A stretch of 64,000 nucleotides of DNA from Trichosphaerium sp. ATCC 40318. Its lineage: Eukaryota > Protista > Tubulinea. Location: assembly GCA_038496445.1 (NCBI GenBank), contig JALMLS010000631.1:1-64000 (forward strand). The letters run 5' to 3'. This document shows positions 10,621-24,906 of this stretch, in pieces (positions within the stretch are counted from its first letter, which is position 1; each line of letters starts with the position of its first letter). The position numbers and the translations under genes were made by a program. Below the pieces are notes generated by a model. It did not search any database. It saw nothing but the letters and a program-made list of their open reading frames with translations, and was not told the DNA's origin.

Positions 10621-13600
10621 CTACTTGTAGCGCCAACAATAAACTGAATTACCACTACCACTGTATACACAGCCACCGCCAAGAGCAAACGTTCTTACGC
10701 GGCCATTAAACCCACTCCACGTGGAGTCCACTTTTTTTGTCTAAAGCATTAAGAGGTTAACCACCATTACAATAGTTTTTGGTTGTAGTTCGCACCTTTT
10801 TATTCATAATCTGTATCACGCTGTTACCTAGAGCGACCCATACGTGGTCACGGTCTTCTATACTAATTAAACAAGTAGCAGGTGAGCTACAAGGTATAAA
10901 AGTCGGTTGTTCGCCACCCTGCCACTAAAAAAAGATCAGAAAAGAGTCTACTAAGGACAAGCTCGTACGTTAGTAGGCCATGCGGCTACCTTTGTGTCCC
11001 CACTACTCCACACTTCTTGCCCATTATTTACACAAATAATAGAGTGTACAGGCGAAGCGTGCGCATTCCAAGTACCAGTACTCTGGGCAGTTTCAAGGCT
11101 GACAACGTGAATGTTACCTTGCTCTGTTCCCACCCAAACAAACTGAGACCCTGCACCTACCTCTACGAAGCACATACAGGTTATAGATTCCTGACAAATG
11201 GAAGTTTGATGCAGTTTACTGCCATCCTAAAAGAAAACGTTAATCTCTTTTTCAAACCAAAAAAAAGCTTCCAAAAAAATTATCGTACCAAGCTCCACAT
11301 TACAATATTACCACTGGAATCAGCTGTCCACATATAGTCATTTGCAACGCGTAATATTACATTAACTTTAGTTGCATGCCCTGACAGTTCAGTACCACCA
11401 TTAGAAAGGTCCTAAAAGAAGTCGTTAATATTATTTTACTATTACAATCAACACACCATTATTGACCATAACTTAAGTGAATCTGCTGCTGTCCACACAT
11501 TTTCGCCAACCTTAAGCATTGCATTGATAGGTTGGTTATGTCCTTGAAAACCCCATGGAGGTTGAGCCTAAATAAGGTTAGAACCATGTAACATTTGACC
11601 AAAACATACGTGATCGCCAAAGTTATATGTAGTAATTTGACCATCCTCGCTACCACACCAAACATATCCATCCATAAGGAATATTGACTTCGATGCAGCG
11701 CTACCAGTTACACTGTGTACTAACTCTGCTAGTTTCGAAGGTTCTGTCTGTTTTGGAGGTTGCACTGGCTTTGGAGGCTGTGCTGGCTCTACCTTCTTCG
11801 GAGGTTCAACTTGTTTCGGAGGTTGAGGTTGCACTGGTTTTGGAGGTTCTGTAGGCTCTATCTTCTTAGCTATAGCTGCAAGGTTTTGATTGCTTGTAGG
11901 TGGTGTTGGTCGTTTTAGAGTAGCGGAAGATGTTGTGTTGTTTGGAGTCGTCAGTGGAGGTGCCAGAAAAGATGAGCTGCGAGATGCTGACACGCGAGGA
12001 CTGACAGTTGGTGACAACTGAGACATACTCCATGATAAGGCAAGGTTGTGAGCTGACTTGCGTCTATCAATAGGGTCTTTGTGTTCATCAAAGCTATTCT
12101 CATAGCTGAACATATCACTGAATACTCTGATAATAGTAGCGTATTCAGGTCTTTTTGAAGGATCTTTTGCCCAGCAACGTTCCATAACCCTTGCTACCTC
12201 TGGAAGGCAGTTTTTCGGTATTGTAGGGCGTAACCCCTCAATAATGGCATGTCTGATCTCTTGAGTCTTGTATTCTTCATTAACAGCAAGGTTATCACGA
12301 ATTGTCCAGCCTGAAGAACGAAGCTGTTCAACAAACGCAGGGTCTGAGAGTTGCTGGGGTGTTAATGGCTCTGTACGACGTGTAATAAACTCTGTGTTTG
12401 CAGAGAATGGGAATTGCCTTAAATAAGAAGGTTAGTCATGAATCTCTACTAAACGAGTATAATTACCTTGAAGCTAACTCCCATAGTACAACACCAAAAC
12501 TGTAAATGTCAGAACGCTCATCATACTTTGAATTATCATCCAATACTTCAGGTGCTAGCCATTGGAATGTAGCCAATGTTTCATTGAGACCATGTGCAGC
12601 ATGCTACGTTTATCATTAGATGGGTGATGATATTCTTTTCCAAGATCGTACCTGCGCTAAACCAAAATCTCCAACCTTTGCAATAACATCTTGTGATGGA
12701 TCTAATGACGCAATCTTGTAATTGTGTCAATATACATTTCTCAAATGAATCTATCATTCACGTACAAATATATTAGGGGACCTTAGATCGCGATGAATAA
12801 TTGGTGGTGTGCGTGTTGCAAGGTACAGCAAACCACGTGCAATATCAATTGCTAGAAATTATCAAGTCAGTAAAAGTATTTGATTATAAATCATCCGTTA
12901 GGCACACCTATGCGAATACGTATTTCCCAATCAAATTGCTGATCACTCAAGTCAACATCATGAAGATGATGATGAAGTGTGTTGCCAGGAATATACTCTG
13001 TAATAAGGGAAAGCGGTTGTAGCTCGATACCAAGCAATTTTACAAGATTCTCGTGGTCCAAGGTACTAAAGAATATGACTTAGTGTTTGATCAAAAAAGA
13101 AAAGTTAACATACCTCATCACCCACGCCTCTTTTGTAAACTCACGGAAGTCTGATTCACCAGTATTATTCTTGAGCTCCTTAACAGCAACTTCCTCCCCT
13201 GCACTAGTGAACCCTCTGTACACGGTTGAGAAAGCCCCTTCGCCTAGTTTCTCTTGTCTCTCAACATTAGTCAAAAGAGGCAAGTGGCTCAGTGCAATCT
13301 CAGGAGCGATGGCATCTATTTGTATGGTTTCATTGGTTTCTGCGACATTTACGGTCTTTTCTCCTTGCATAACAGCATTCACAAGCTGTTGATAAGAGAA
13401 AACACGCTCCACAGAACCACTAGGTTGGTAGATGTACTCACGCATCACCTTCTCCCTATTAGATGCGTAGAACGTATCAATAAGGGTATCAATAGCTTGT
13501 GTTAATAATACAACCAGCAACGAATCATTTGCAGGGTAACTACAATAAAGTATCAGCAACTAGAAGTAAGAATCCGACTTTAAACAACGTACGGCTTATT

Positions 13601-16600
13601 TGTGTAGAATCGCGTTACTAGTATGAGTGCATGTGTACTTCTATCATATTCAATATAGGCAAGTTCGTTACCTCTAAAAGTTAAAGTGAGTTCTTCAATT
13701 GATACCAACTTTACGCACTTGGCTAAAGCAATGCCTCCAAGCCATGCCTCTTTACATTCTATACCCTCAATTTGTCTCATACGTACATAAATACGTGGAA
13801 AGAAACCCATAGGTAAGAAATCCATTTGGTACTGTCGCTTGAATTGATACATTGAATCAGGACAAGGTCCCCTTAGTAATTATGTTACAAAAAACCAAAA
13901 ATGTAACTTGAAAGAAAAAACAACATACTTGAACCATTGCTGCGGTTGTAGTACTGGCTCTTCTGCCAATAAGCAAGGGACAACACTATAAGATGTTTCA
14001 CCTAAGCAATGTGGTTAGTGGCGAATGTCGAGACTTTCCTATTTACCTTTGACAGGAAAGACAACTTCAAACTTTGCGAGCAGCTGTAACAGACGGGCAT
14101 GTGTAGCGCTAGGATACTTCTTCCATATCTGAGGCAGCATGTCATGCATAAGCAACCCATTTTGGACGTTTAGTTTGAAGCTAACTATGCTGGACATAAC
14201 ATCGGCAAGCCACTGAGGGTTTAACACTACAATCTCCCTTACTCCAGGTTGATTATACCAAACCAATTCACCAACATCATTAAAGAACTCAGTCATGCTC
14301 TCTACACTCTTTTCTGGTACTTGATTTGTAGCACAGAGTGCAGTATACTCACTCCATGTCATATATTCTTTTTCTCTACGTTTTTGCAAGAGATATTTAC
14401 TCATAACCTTGAAAGAGAACAAATAAGATTCAAAACTATTTCACGTGAAGTAGCATACCTCGTAAAACCCTGGTACAAGCTTAGAAAGAATACCTTGCTT
14501 TAATGCAAGTCTCTTGAGACTACGTAGAATATCTTTTATACCATCACCAGACTTAGAGCTACAAAAGTATACAGATCTAATATTCAAGTATCTCTTTTGA
14601 TATTTTTTCAACATTTGTTGTATGCCTTTAAGATACTCTGAAGTACACTTTGGATCATCCTTTGAATTAAAAATTAGTCACAGACATAAATACATGAATA
14701 GAAAAGAGTATAATAGTGAACAAACACTGAAAGACTATGAAAAAAAGCTAGGAGTTTACGTACTCTATGTGTTCCAATAACAACAACTGGTGAGGATACA
14801 AGATCACCAAACAATCGGATTGTCTTTAACCAGTACTCTATACGAGATTCGTTTGGTGCAACAAGATTGAATACAAGCACATAAATAGCGCGTTTGCTGA
14901 GGAAAAATTGATGTGTTGGGTAGAATACTTCTTGACCACCAAAGTCGTATATTTGCAAAGCAATATCTTTTGAAAGGTTCAGAGATCCAATGGCTATACC
15001 ATCAGTTGAAATATTAGTATACTTCTCATGTTTCTTCTTTTTCAACAAAGAAGCAGCTCCTGTCTTCGCAGACATTTCATGCAAACGCCATATCAAGTGG
15101 CTCTTACCAACATTCTCCTAGCAATGACGTTAACAAAAAATATAAAATGTAAAATTGTTTTATGTATACCTGGCCAACAACTAATAGTTTGAGGCGACTC
15201 CATGGTTTGGAATCGGATTGAAGATTACGCAGGTAAAGCAATAGCTTTGGTGTGCTCTTTGTCAAAATTTCTGGAGGCACACCATCTATTGGGTTCTTCT
15301 TAATATTAAGACTCTTCAAGTGCATATCACCAAGAATAGTTGGTAACTTTTTGATATTATTATTCGACAGATCAAGTGATCGCAACGTTTTCATATTGAT
15401 AACCCATGATGGAATCTCATTTAGATCTAGGGTTCATTAACAAGGAACAATATGAAATAAATTAGTGAACGTACTCAATGATGATAACGTCAACTCCTTG
15501 AGTGTTGGTCTGTGATTGCTTGTAGCTAATATTTCGGCAATATCCATTCTTTTAACTTGCACAGCACGAACAATAGCATTGTCAACGTCAACCGGTGTTG
15601 TAGCTTTAAGAATTACTTTAATTATATCGACATGGCTGTGTTTAACAGCTATTGTAAGTGCAGTATCTCCAGAGATATCTGTCGCATTAACATTGGCATT
15701 TATACTAATACCAAAATTAAAGAACATCACGATTGGCATTTTTCAATAGCATACCTGCATAATGCGCTTACAACTTCTGTGTGACCTCTCTTAGTAGCCC
15801 TCATTAACGGTGTCTCTTTTGTCCGTTGCAGAGGTGCGTTAGGGCTTGCACATGCACCAAGCAATAATTTTACTACTTCAACATTGCCTTGTTCACAAGC
15901 AATATGCAATGCTGTCTCGCCGCTCTCACTTGCTACATTAGGATCCATTTTACCTACGAATATGTTTATTAATAATATCAGAGTGATTGAATAGCTTACC
16001 TGATGTTAAGAGCACTTTAAGTATATCAAAATCGCCTCCCATAGCTGCCAAGTATAGCGTGGAATAGCCAGAGCCAAGTGCATTGTAATCACTTGGTTGA
16101 GCATTCATGATAAGTTTAACAACATCTAGATTAGCGGATATAACAGCCATTGTTAATGGAGTTGAGCCATCTGGTAAAGCTAAGTTTACATCAGATCCAT
16201 GTTGTAATAGTGCTTCAACTAATTCGGCATCTTTGCACTTGATTGCAATATGAAGTGGAGAATCCTTAGTACCAGGACTCACAACATCAGTTCTACACAA
16301 ACTGTCAAAAGAAAATCAAAAATAATGAATATGTACCTAGCGCCTTCTGATATCAAGTATTTGGCCACCTCCCTGTGTTTATTTGTAAGAGCAATGAGAA
16401 GTGAGGTCAACCCATTTGTAGAAACAGCATTTACATCTACACCATCGTCTTGCACTACTTCCTTAGTGCGTTCCAAATTGCCTTGCTCTGCAGCAAAATA
16501 TAGATCCTCATTAGTTAGCTTGGGTTTAACCTCTATGTTTTCCCATGGCATTGCAGCTGGTGCCGGTGCTGGTGTTGGCGTAGGAGTAGCTGCCACTCTC

Positions 16601-19600
16601 ACAGGAGGGGTAGGAGGTACTGGATCGCCAAGAGCATCAGCAAGACTGTCCAAGTCTGCAGAGTCCATACCGTCTATCATTGTGGTAATCATAGCAGAAT
16701 CCATGCGCTGCAATGGCGGTTTAAACTTTCGTGGTTGTGTTGCTTTCGGTAGCTGGAACTTTGGAGGTGATTGTGTCCTTGGTGGAGGGAACTTTGGTGG
16801 CGCTTGTGTCCTTGGTGGAGGAAACTTTGGTGGCGCTTGTTTTGGTTGCATATATTTCGGCGTAGGTACCTTTTTGACAGGAGCTACTACCTTGGGTTGT
16901 GGAACAACTGGTGGCATTATATACACCTTTGGTGCTGCAACTACTGGTTGTTTTAAAGCTCTTGGGAATTTCTTTGGACCCTTTGGTGGGGCATACTTCT
17001 TCGGTGCCAATTTTGGGCGTGACATCATAAATTGTGGTTTCTTTGCTGACACAGGTCTGAAGTTTGGAGGCATAACAACTTTTTTAGGTCCAATCTTTGT
17101 ACCTAATTGATTAGGTGCAGACACCTTTACCGGAGCTGGAGGGCGTGGAACAAATGTACTTTTCTTTGCAGCGAATTTTTGAGGCGCTACGCCAAACTTG
17201 ATTGATGGTGGTTGAATGTGCGCGTTCATTTTCTTCGGTGCGAATTTTGGAGGCGCTACACCAAACTTGATTGATGGTGGTTGAATGTGTGCATTCATTT
17301 TCTTCGGTGCGAATTTTGGAGGCGCTACGCCAAACTTGATTGATGGTGGTTGAATGTGCGCGTTCATTTTCTTCGGTGCGAACTTTGGAGGTCCCACAGC
17401 CAGTTTGATTGAAGGTGGAGCAACTGACATTGGCCTCTTCTTCGGTGTAAATGTTGGTGGAGCTGGTACGTTCATCTTCTTCAAACCAGAGGCGATCGTG
17501 TTGGTCTTTTTAAAAGACGCTGGTGGTGTAAATGTTGGAGGAGGTGGAATGAATCCCTTCTTAACACCAAATTTAATACCACTAACTCCCTTTGGCCGGA
17601 AACCTTTAGGAGGGCCACCTCTAGCGTTGAATTTAAGAGATTGTGGAGCACCCTTTGGTCGGAAACCTTTAGGAGGTCCTCCTTTAGCGTTAAACTTGAG
17701 AGATACGCCTTTTGGTTGAAATCCTTTCTTTGCTCCCTTGCCAAATGTTTTCAACTTGAGAGAACGTGCACCATACTTTCCTCCTCTTCCTAATGAAGCC
17801 ATCTTCATCGACCTAGATCCAAACTTTCCTTTGCCTTTAAGTCCTTTACGACCTGGTCGAGCTACCACAAAGCCTTTCTTTGAAGCTGGTGCGCTTTGGT
17901 TACGCTGTAACGATCCAGGCATCTTGGGCACACCCGATACTGAATTTGCGTGATGAAACTCCTTGTTAAGAGGCGGAGGCGTAAAATTGGGAGGCGTTGT
18001 CACAGATGATGCAGTAATGACAGGCTTCGGTTGTTCAGGTGTATGAGCAGGCGGTGGTGGTGTATGGTCTGGAACAGCAACAACAGCAGGTGGTGGCGGC
18101 ATGTGAGAAGGAGCATTTGGCACATGGTTTGGTGGAGGTATACTAGATGTACGACCTACCGAAGGTGCTTCAGAACTTGAATCATCGTATGATGCGCTGC
18201 TCATGTTTGATCTCAGAGTATCCCTCTGTTTATCCTTCTTATTTGACTTTTCTGGTCTTGGTGTCTTTGTACGAGGAGTTTTGAGCTGTTTCATCACCAC
18301 AGTGGCCTTAAAATTATAGTGTTAACAATTTGTAATACAAAGTTAGCGTACCATGTTAGCAATAGAGTACTTATTCAACATTGATGCTTCTGACTTTAAT
18401 TTTTTTCCTTTGTACTCTAGGTAGTACAAGGACACATTCTCAGGAGGAAGATTCGCCTTGCCTATCACCTCATCTATAATCTCGTGTACTACTGTGTCCA
18501 CACCAAGCTTTACGGTCTTAATAACATCAACTTCTTTGACTTGTACATGTATACGACAGAATATACCGCCACCTCGAGGAGATATTGCACGAGGTGTTTT
18601 TTTCTCCTTGCCCTTCTTTTCCTTGTCTTTTTTCTTTTCACCTTTCTTGTTTTTGTCAATTGATACAATTCCCTTTATGGGTGGAACCTTTAACGACATT
18701 TGCTCAGCCATTGACGCTTCTATTTGTCATTAGAAAATATTATTATACGACACTAACGCACCCTCTTCTTGTTTACGCTGCAAAGCTTCTAGTTCTTCTG
18801 CCTCTTTTTCCGCTTCTTTTTGACGAAGCGATTTTATCCACTCCTGGCGTTGCTCTTCTTTTTCCCTCTTTTCTTCAAGCTCTTTTTGTTTGCGCTTATT
18901 ATCTACTTTACGGCGCTCTCTATCAATACGACGTTGGAATTGTAGTTTCTGAGAAGGCAACATCTGGGACATGTCCACTTCTTCGAGTTTCTGTAGTTCG
19001 GTCTTTTCCTCTGGGAATGGATTGACCCAACTACGCGCCATAGTTACCCTGTTATAATAGTAAATCTGTCCACCAGGTGCTGTGGCTTTTGACCAATCTT
19101 CAGCGGAACCAAGTTGCTATTTTCATTAGCAGGCATGCAAAAACTGATTAATTTTACCTCTGGTGTCAAATCAATTTCTTGTGCTTTATCAACACCTTTA
19201 GAAGGCGCCGAGGTGGCTCGTTGCACTACTTTTGGTGTGGGCGCATCCATTTTGACTGGCTTTGGTGTTAAAGAAGGTGGCGGCTTGTGCCATTGTCCAA
19301 ACTGTGCAGCTTTCTTCTTTGCAGGAGAAGCACGTTTACCGAATGGCTTGCGTGGCATGGTTCGAGCTCGCGGATTACGCTTCTTCTTGCTTGACTTCTT
19401 TGGCCGATTTTTTACCCCTGATGGGATTGAAGAAGGTGGAGGAATATCTAAATTGCCCATACTAGTACTAACTGGTGGGCCACCAATTGAAGGTTTTCGC
19501 GTTTTCTCTAGTTTGTTATTAATAAAGTGACAAACAAGTTTACGAACGTACTGGCGCGCGCAGATTTGGGACGCTTTTTTAAACAATCTGGTTTGTCCCA

Positions 19601-20416
19601 AGTAGTTTCGTTTGTTTTGGTATTAAAATAGTAACTTTAAATAACACTTAGTTTTTGCAACAACAAAAAAATATTTTTGAGGGTAACATACGTCTTGCCA
19701 TTGTCTGTTGCTTGGCTCCAGCATGCAGGATCATTCTTAGGATCTAATTTTGCCTTTGGACGCGTCCAAGAGGTTTCATTCGTCACTGCATTGTGATAAT
19801 ACGTCTTGCCTTCGTCAGATTTATGTTCTGTCCTAAATAAAACTATTAAAAAACTACAAAATTTGTAGACATTGACAACGTACCAGTTGGGAGGTAGTGG
19901 GCGCTTTTTCCTACGCGTAAAGTTAAATTAAAACAATTTACAGTGACATTTACTTTTTGCGTGCAGACTTCGGTTTTGATACATCTGTCACGCTCATTGG
20001 AGGAGGTACAGATGAGATGTCCAGTGGTGGAGGGATATTCAACGGTGGCGGAACTCCCAACGGAGGAGGAAGGGACATACCGGCACCAGGTGCCGAAATT
20101 GTGCTCCTAAGTGTTTATTAGCGGCTGTGAGGAAAAATAGTTTAGTACTGCGAACGGCTGTGTCTACCAGTTCTTTTTTTCTTGCTTTTACCACTACCTT
20201 TGCCAATCGTCCCTGACAAAATAAGACGTTGTGCGATAATTCAGCGTACCTCGTCTTTTATGCCCTGGGTGCTTCCACGACGTTTCGTTGGTCCCTTGGT
20301 TGTAGAAATACGGCTTTCCTGAGCAACGTTAATTATTTTAATTTGTTTTGACAAAAAAGGGCACCTTCAGGAGAAACTGCTGATTGCCATCCTGGAGGCA
20401 AAGGAATCTCGCTCAT
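10621..20416 (-). CDS. Giant ROCO-family kinase: 3 WW, Pro-rich, ubiquitin-like, ankyrin, LRR, Roc, COR, TKL kinase, WD40 (multi-exon)
   Basis: Starts MSEIPLPPGW..KPYFYNQGTNETSWKHP (WW), with two more WW exons at 19590-19890. Ankyrin ORFs at 15437-16550, LRR at 15104-15394, Roc STDGI/DFGGQEVFY, COR NPQWLAD, kinase LGEGAFS/HRDLRSPN/DFGLA and WD repeats at 10620-11630. That all exons form one gene is inferred. Confidence 0.8.
17170..17392 (-). repeat. Coding tandem repeat, ~3 x 69 bp (PPKFAPKKMNAHIQPPSIKFGVA), inside the ROCO gene
   Basis: Near-identical 69-bp units are visible in the DNA and in the 673-aa ORF. A 33-bp QAPPKFPPPRT repeat lies at ~16750-16840. Confidence 0.9.
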
Positions 20417-20989
20417 GGAGTGCTAAAGGTCAGATCAAACTGACTCTTGTAATGCAAGTAGTTATAACAGCAGTAATCGCTAACGGGGCGTATATCAGCG
20501 GCTAAACATAATTTTTTACCTATTCTAACGTACTTGTTATTAAGCCAATACGGTATAATAGACCATCGCACGGCCACAGTAGCTGTTGTTACGCTAAAAG
20601 TTTGCTTTCAAAAAAAGCAATGAAGAACTCCTCAGACCGAAATGTTTTGCAAGTTTCGTAGCGAGCCAAACGATAGTAAGCTCAGATAAAAGAAGAAGGA
20701 GTATGATCTATGTTGACGCGATACTATTTTTGTTAGAAATTGCAAAAGCATACGCAATTTTGACGTCATTTTCATTAAAACACCAGTCTCAACATCTACA
20801 TTTAGGCTTAACTGGTTGGATTGGTGAACCAATGACCTTTTCGGGATAATAATATTCATGAAGCAGCGTTCTCGGTTTTGCAATTCTCAATAATCAGCCT
20901 CGACAAACATTCGACTGGAGCCAAGCAGGTTATGGAAAAGTACATTGTACAAACATTATTTTATTTCTTTTAAAAGTACAAATGATTGG

Positions 20990-22121
20990 TCACTCGTAAG
21001 TGGCTGAAACCATGGGGATATCCGAAAGAGACATTATACCTTCGCGAAGAGAGTCCAGACCATCACTCGGTTGGGTCTTTTTTGTGACACCATCCTCTAC
21101 TTGCTTTTTTTTCTTTGTTGGCTGGGATGCAGATTTTACGTCTTCACCCCAATCATCAGTTCCTAATTGATCGCCCCAATCATCGTTAGCCGTGCTCCAT
21201 AAATCATCTGGTTCGCCCTCTTCCTCAAGAGTGGATAAACCTCTATCAGATTTACTTTCGAGGTCTTCCTGCGAACTGTCAATTTCGTCAGATGTAACAT
21301 CTGACCTTCTAGACAATGTAGAGCGTGGACTTAGTGTGCAACTAGATGCACTATCAAGCTCATAGAGGAGATTACTCTTAAGGGTTTCGGAGCGACACTT
21401 TCTTAAAAATGTCATTGCGTCACTTTGACGAAGAGTATAAGATCTTGGTGTCTTTGCTAGTTTGGCAGGTCGCTTCCTCTCACTGCTTTGACTAGAGGTA
21501 CTCACCAATGAGGATATCTCAGGTATTGAAATAGAGTGTGGTACACTTTCTTGTAATCGCGCAGAGTCCATACTTGCTTTCCTAGCTGTAGGAGCCGAGT
21601 TCTTTGACGCTGCTCGATCCCGTGTCGCCTTTTTTAAGTCTAGAGGCTCTACAACTGGCTTTGCACGCTTACTAGAGGACCTTGAATCACTGGTTAATAA
21701 AATAGAATATGTTAAAAAGGTATTACTTATAAACTAACCTTTTTCGCCTGTTTTTAGCTTTCTTTTTCCGTTTATCACTCTTACTGTCACTAGGTTCTTT
21801 TTTCCTACGCACTATGCACACGATTAGATATATATAAAGAAATATGTAAGACGAAAGTTTTTTTTGTTTTTCACTGTAACTACAAAAATAACTGCGTACA
21901 ACTACTGCTCAGGCGCCTTCTTGAGCTGCCTAAATTGAACCCTTTCTTACGCCCTGATTTCTTAGTTTCCCTTCGTTTACAATTATCAGTCACGAAAAAA
22001 CTGCAAACACTTACTTTAATAGAGGAGGAATAACTATTTTTTTAGGCGACTGTAGCTCCTTTATAGCTGCGTTCCAAGCTTCTTCTTCTTTCTTTATGTA
22101 CGCTAGCACTTCTTGTTCCAT
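20990..22121 (-). CDS. Hypothetical low-complexity Lys/Ser/Asp-rich protein (multi-exon)
   Basis: ATG at 22121 (MEQEVLAYIKKEEEAW), GT-AG introns and a terminal 193-aa ORF. No recognised domain. Confidence 0.6.
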
Positions 22122-22890
22122 GTTTGGATAAGTCTCAATAAAACAGTGAAAGTCCTCTGTAATGGGTGGACTTGTGTCTAGGTAGTGCTGGTACTTTTCG
22201 TAGATTGCTCGCTGTTTATAGGTTATTTGTAAAAAAAGTGTTGTGGATGCCTTTCCGTACCCCGAAGTCAGGACGTCTTATAAATTCTGGAGAGTTTGTA
22301 TCTTTTAACTCCTTCGAAACGTTAAAATATTTATTTCAGATTTTACAGGACATTGTAACAGCCATACCTTTGTCATGTGGTCGCCTGCAGATGGCAATTT
22401 ATCTAGTTTCGAAAATAATCGGATTGTTTCTGCCTCACTAACAACCTTTTTCTTTACAAATGGTTCTACGAACACCTATAGCGCTTTGTTATGACATAGA
22501 GTGGTCAAATATCACTACAAACATACCTCTTGTAAAAAAATTATATCTTCTTGATATCTCTGCTTTAATTCCTCTAATTGTGCTTGCTCGCGCGTGAGTA
22601 CCTTTTTAGCGACACCACGTTGAGAGGCTCTGGTGTAACCTGCGCTAACTTTACGCGAAGCCCTCATAGTCTATGGACAACTGACGCTAGCCACTAACGG
22701 CCAGAATGTACTGGTTTACAACTCCTTGAGAATTTATCCCAGCTAAAGTCAAATGTTGAACATGGACTTTGCCCACAAACTACAGTCACTTTGATAGCCA
22801 AACTTTGAATTTTCTTAACAGAATAAACAGAACACACAGAACACATTTAAAGCATTCCAACCGCACCGTAGCAATCCCACATAATAACAA

Positions 22891-24603
22891 ATGCACCTTA
22901 CTACCGCTAACAGTCCAGTAAATCGATTTCGCATCACGTACCAGGGTTCAGAATTGGTGGAGCAATACACCCGCGCAGGTTCGTTTTATTCATTACAAAC
23001 GAAGTTGACCTCTATTAGGCCAACTTGCAGACTGCCACGTAGTTGTTAAAAACCACGCCTTTACTATCTCTGCTTGTATTCCTGATGATTTTCCTGCCGC
23101 TATTTTGCATACTGCAAGTATTAATGTCGTTCTGGTTTATGAAGAAGACACAAACAGGGCCGTGCCGGGTGTTAAAACGTCTCCGCTTGAAACTTCATCA
23201 ACTGCAAACCTTGACCTCAGACGAGTTACCGTGGAAACCAAAATTAAGGTACATAATTTTTTCTTGCTAATCTCCCCTGTCGGTACCTTGTGGAGGTTGT
23301 TGATGGGAACAACTTCAGCCTTCACGATTTTGGCTTTGGCTGCTTTAATAATTATTTGGTGGCATACGATAATGATACTGGCATTGATAATGGCGATTTG
23401 GTCCTTAATAAGCAGCCACAGAGACTTTCTGCCTGTTCCCCGTAAAATAAATGGTATTACACCAACCCCAATTTATGAATCTTTTTTTCGTCCCCACACG
23501 TTATTCTTTTTTTTTTTTCTTCGTTCGATGATCTCACATGACAAAGGTACTCACTTCTCAACACGAAGGAGCGCGATTTCGCGTCCGAATCCGTCTACTA
23601 AACCCATCAACTCTAGCTCTAGTGCATCCTTGTTTGGAGGTATTCTCTGCGCCAATACGCGTAGTTTCAAAGAGGGATCAATTGCGTAATCGTGGGCAAG
23701 CAAAGACGTCTACAAAGCGTGGGATCAAGCGTGGCTCAACATCAAAAAATGCTCAAACCGAGCGCATTGAAAAACTGCTCGCGAAACAATTCCAAATGTA
23801 CAACGACCTATTGCAGGAGAAACACGCTGCCCACCAGCACACGATCAACTTGCTCACGCAACGCATAGCCCTCGTAGAGAAAAAACATACCAACGCACTG
23901 GTACACATTCATTTTTCTCTTCTTTTTCTTTCTTGAAATCCTTCAATTCCAGTTTGTAAAAAGCTGGCGGGAAAAACTAGTTTACCGCGCTTTGTAAAAT
24001 CGTACGAGTTTCTCACGCTTTAATAGGAGCTACCTGGAGACGGTTGGGGTAAGGACGACGAACATTCAACAACATCATTGCCTTCATCACCAGCCGAGGC
24101 TCACACGCCAGATTCGCCATATTTGAACCCTTGTGCGCCAAAACAAGAAGCACCTACCAAACTCAATTTGTCCGGTGCTGTGAACTCTGCGCTTCAGGCC
24201 TTTTATGATACAAATATTGATGATAGACCTACAAAACTAAGAAAGGTTATAAGCCAGGCTGATGGTGAAACAATATTGAAACTTAGTACGTCTCAACCGT
24301 TTTTTTTGTTTTTTTTGGCGTCTCAGTGAACTAAGTTTTGTGTTCCAGGTGAATTTGCTAGGGTGTTATATTCGGCTTGCGACACAGGCGCCAGATTTTC
24401 TACACAACAAACGACTACGCCACAGTCAACAGATTACACAAAAGCAGGAGTACGTTGTATTTATTTTGTGAAGCGCAACTAAAAAACGTGAAAACTTATC
24501 GTCTGTTTTAGGAGGACTTCTGTAATTCTGTTTTGACTTCAGAAGTTACTAATGTCACTTTTCCTGTACTAACGGATCCACCGTTGTTCCAAGATCTCTT
24601 TTA
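22891..24603 (+). CDS. CudA-like transcription factor (multi-exon)
   Basis: HVVVKNHAF...VETKIK|VLTSQHEGARFRVRI...SAPIRVVSK resembles the amoebozoan CudA core as recalled, followed by a coiled coil. Ends are approximate. Confidence 0.6.
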
Positions 24604-24906
24604 AATTGTAAAGAGGAAAACCCAACCAATGAGGCTTAAATAGCTCTTTTTGAACGCAACTGTACAATTGTAAATAAAATAATGCGTATTTCTATCAACC
24701 GTTGCTCGTTTTTCTCGTGGCGCACGTGACTTGTTATAGACTACACCATCACCTTTTCGCCGTTTCTATTCGAACGAACATTATGATGCCTTTCTAGCTG
24801 CGAAACAACCATAACAACAATAAATCAAAATACAGATTTTTATTTTACAAAACACAATGACATTTTTCGTTTGATTGAAAACGATCTACGTTAACTGGTA
24901 AGCCTG

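Noticed and set aside
16250-19530. Long plus-strand ORFs (16250-17110, 17354-17719, 18585-19025, 19114-19530)
   Set aside because: They are antisense shadows of the Pro/Lys-rich ROCO exons.
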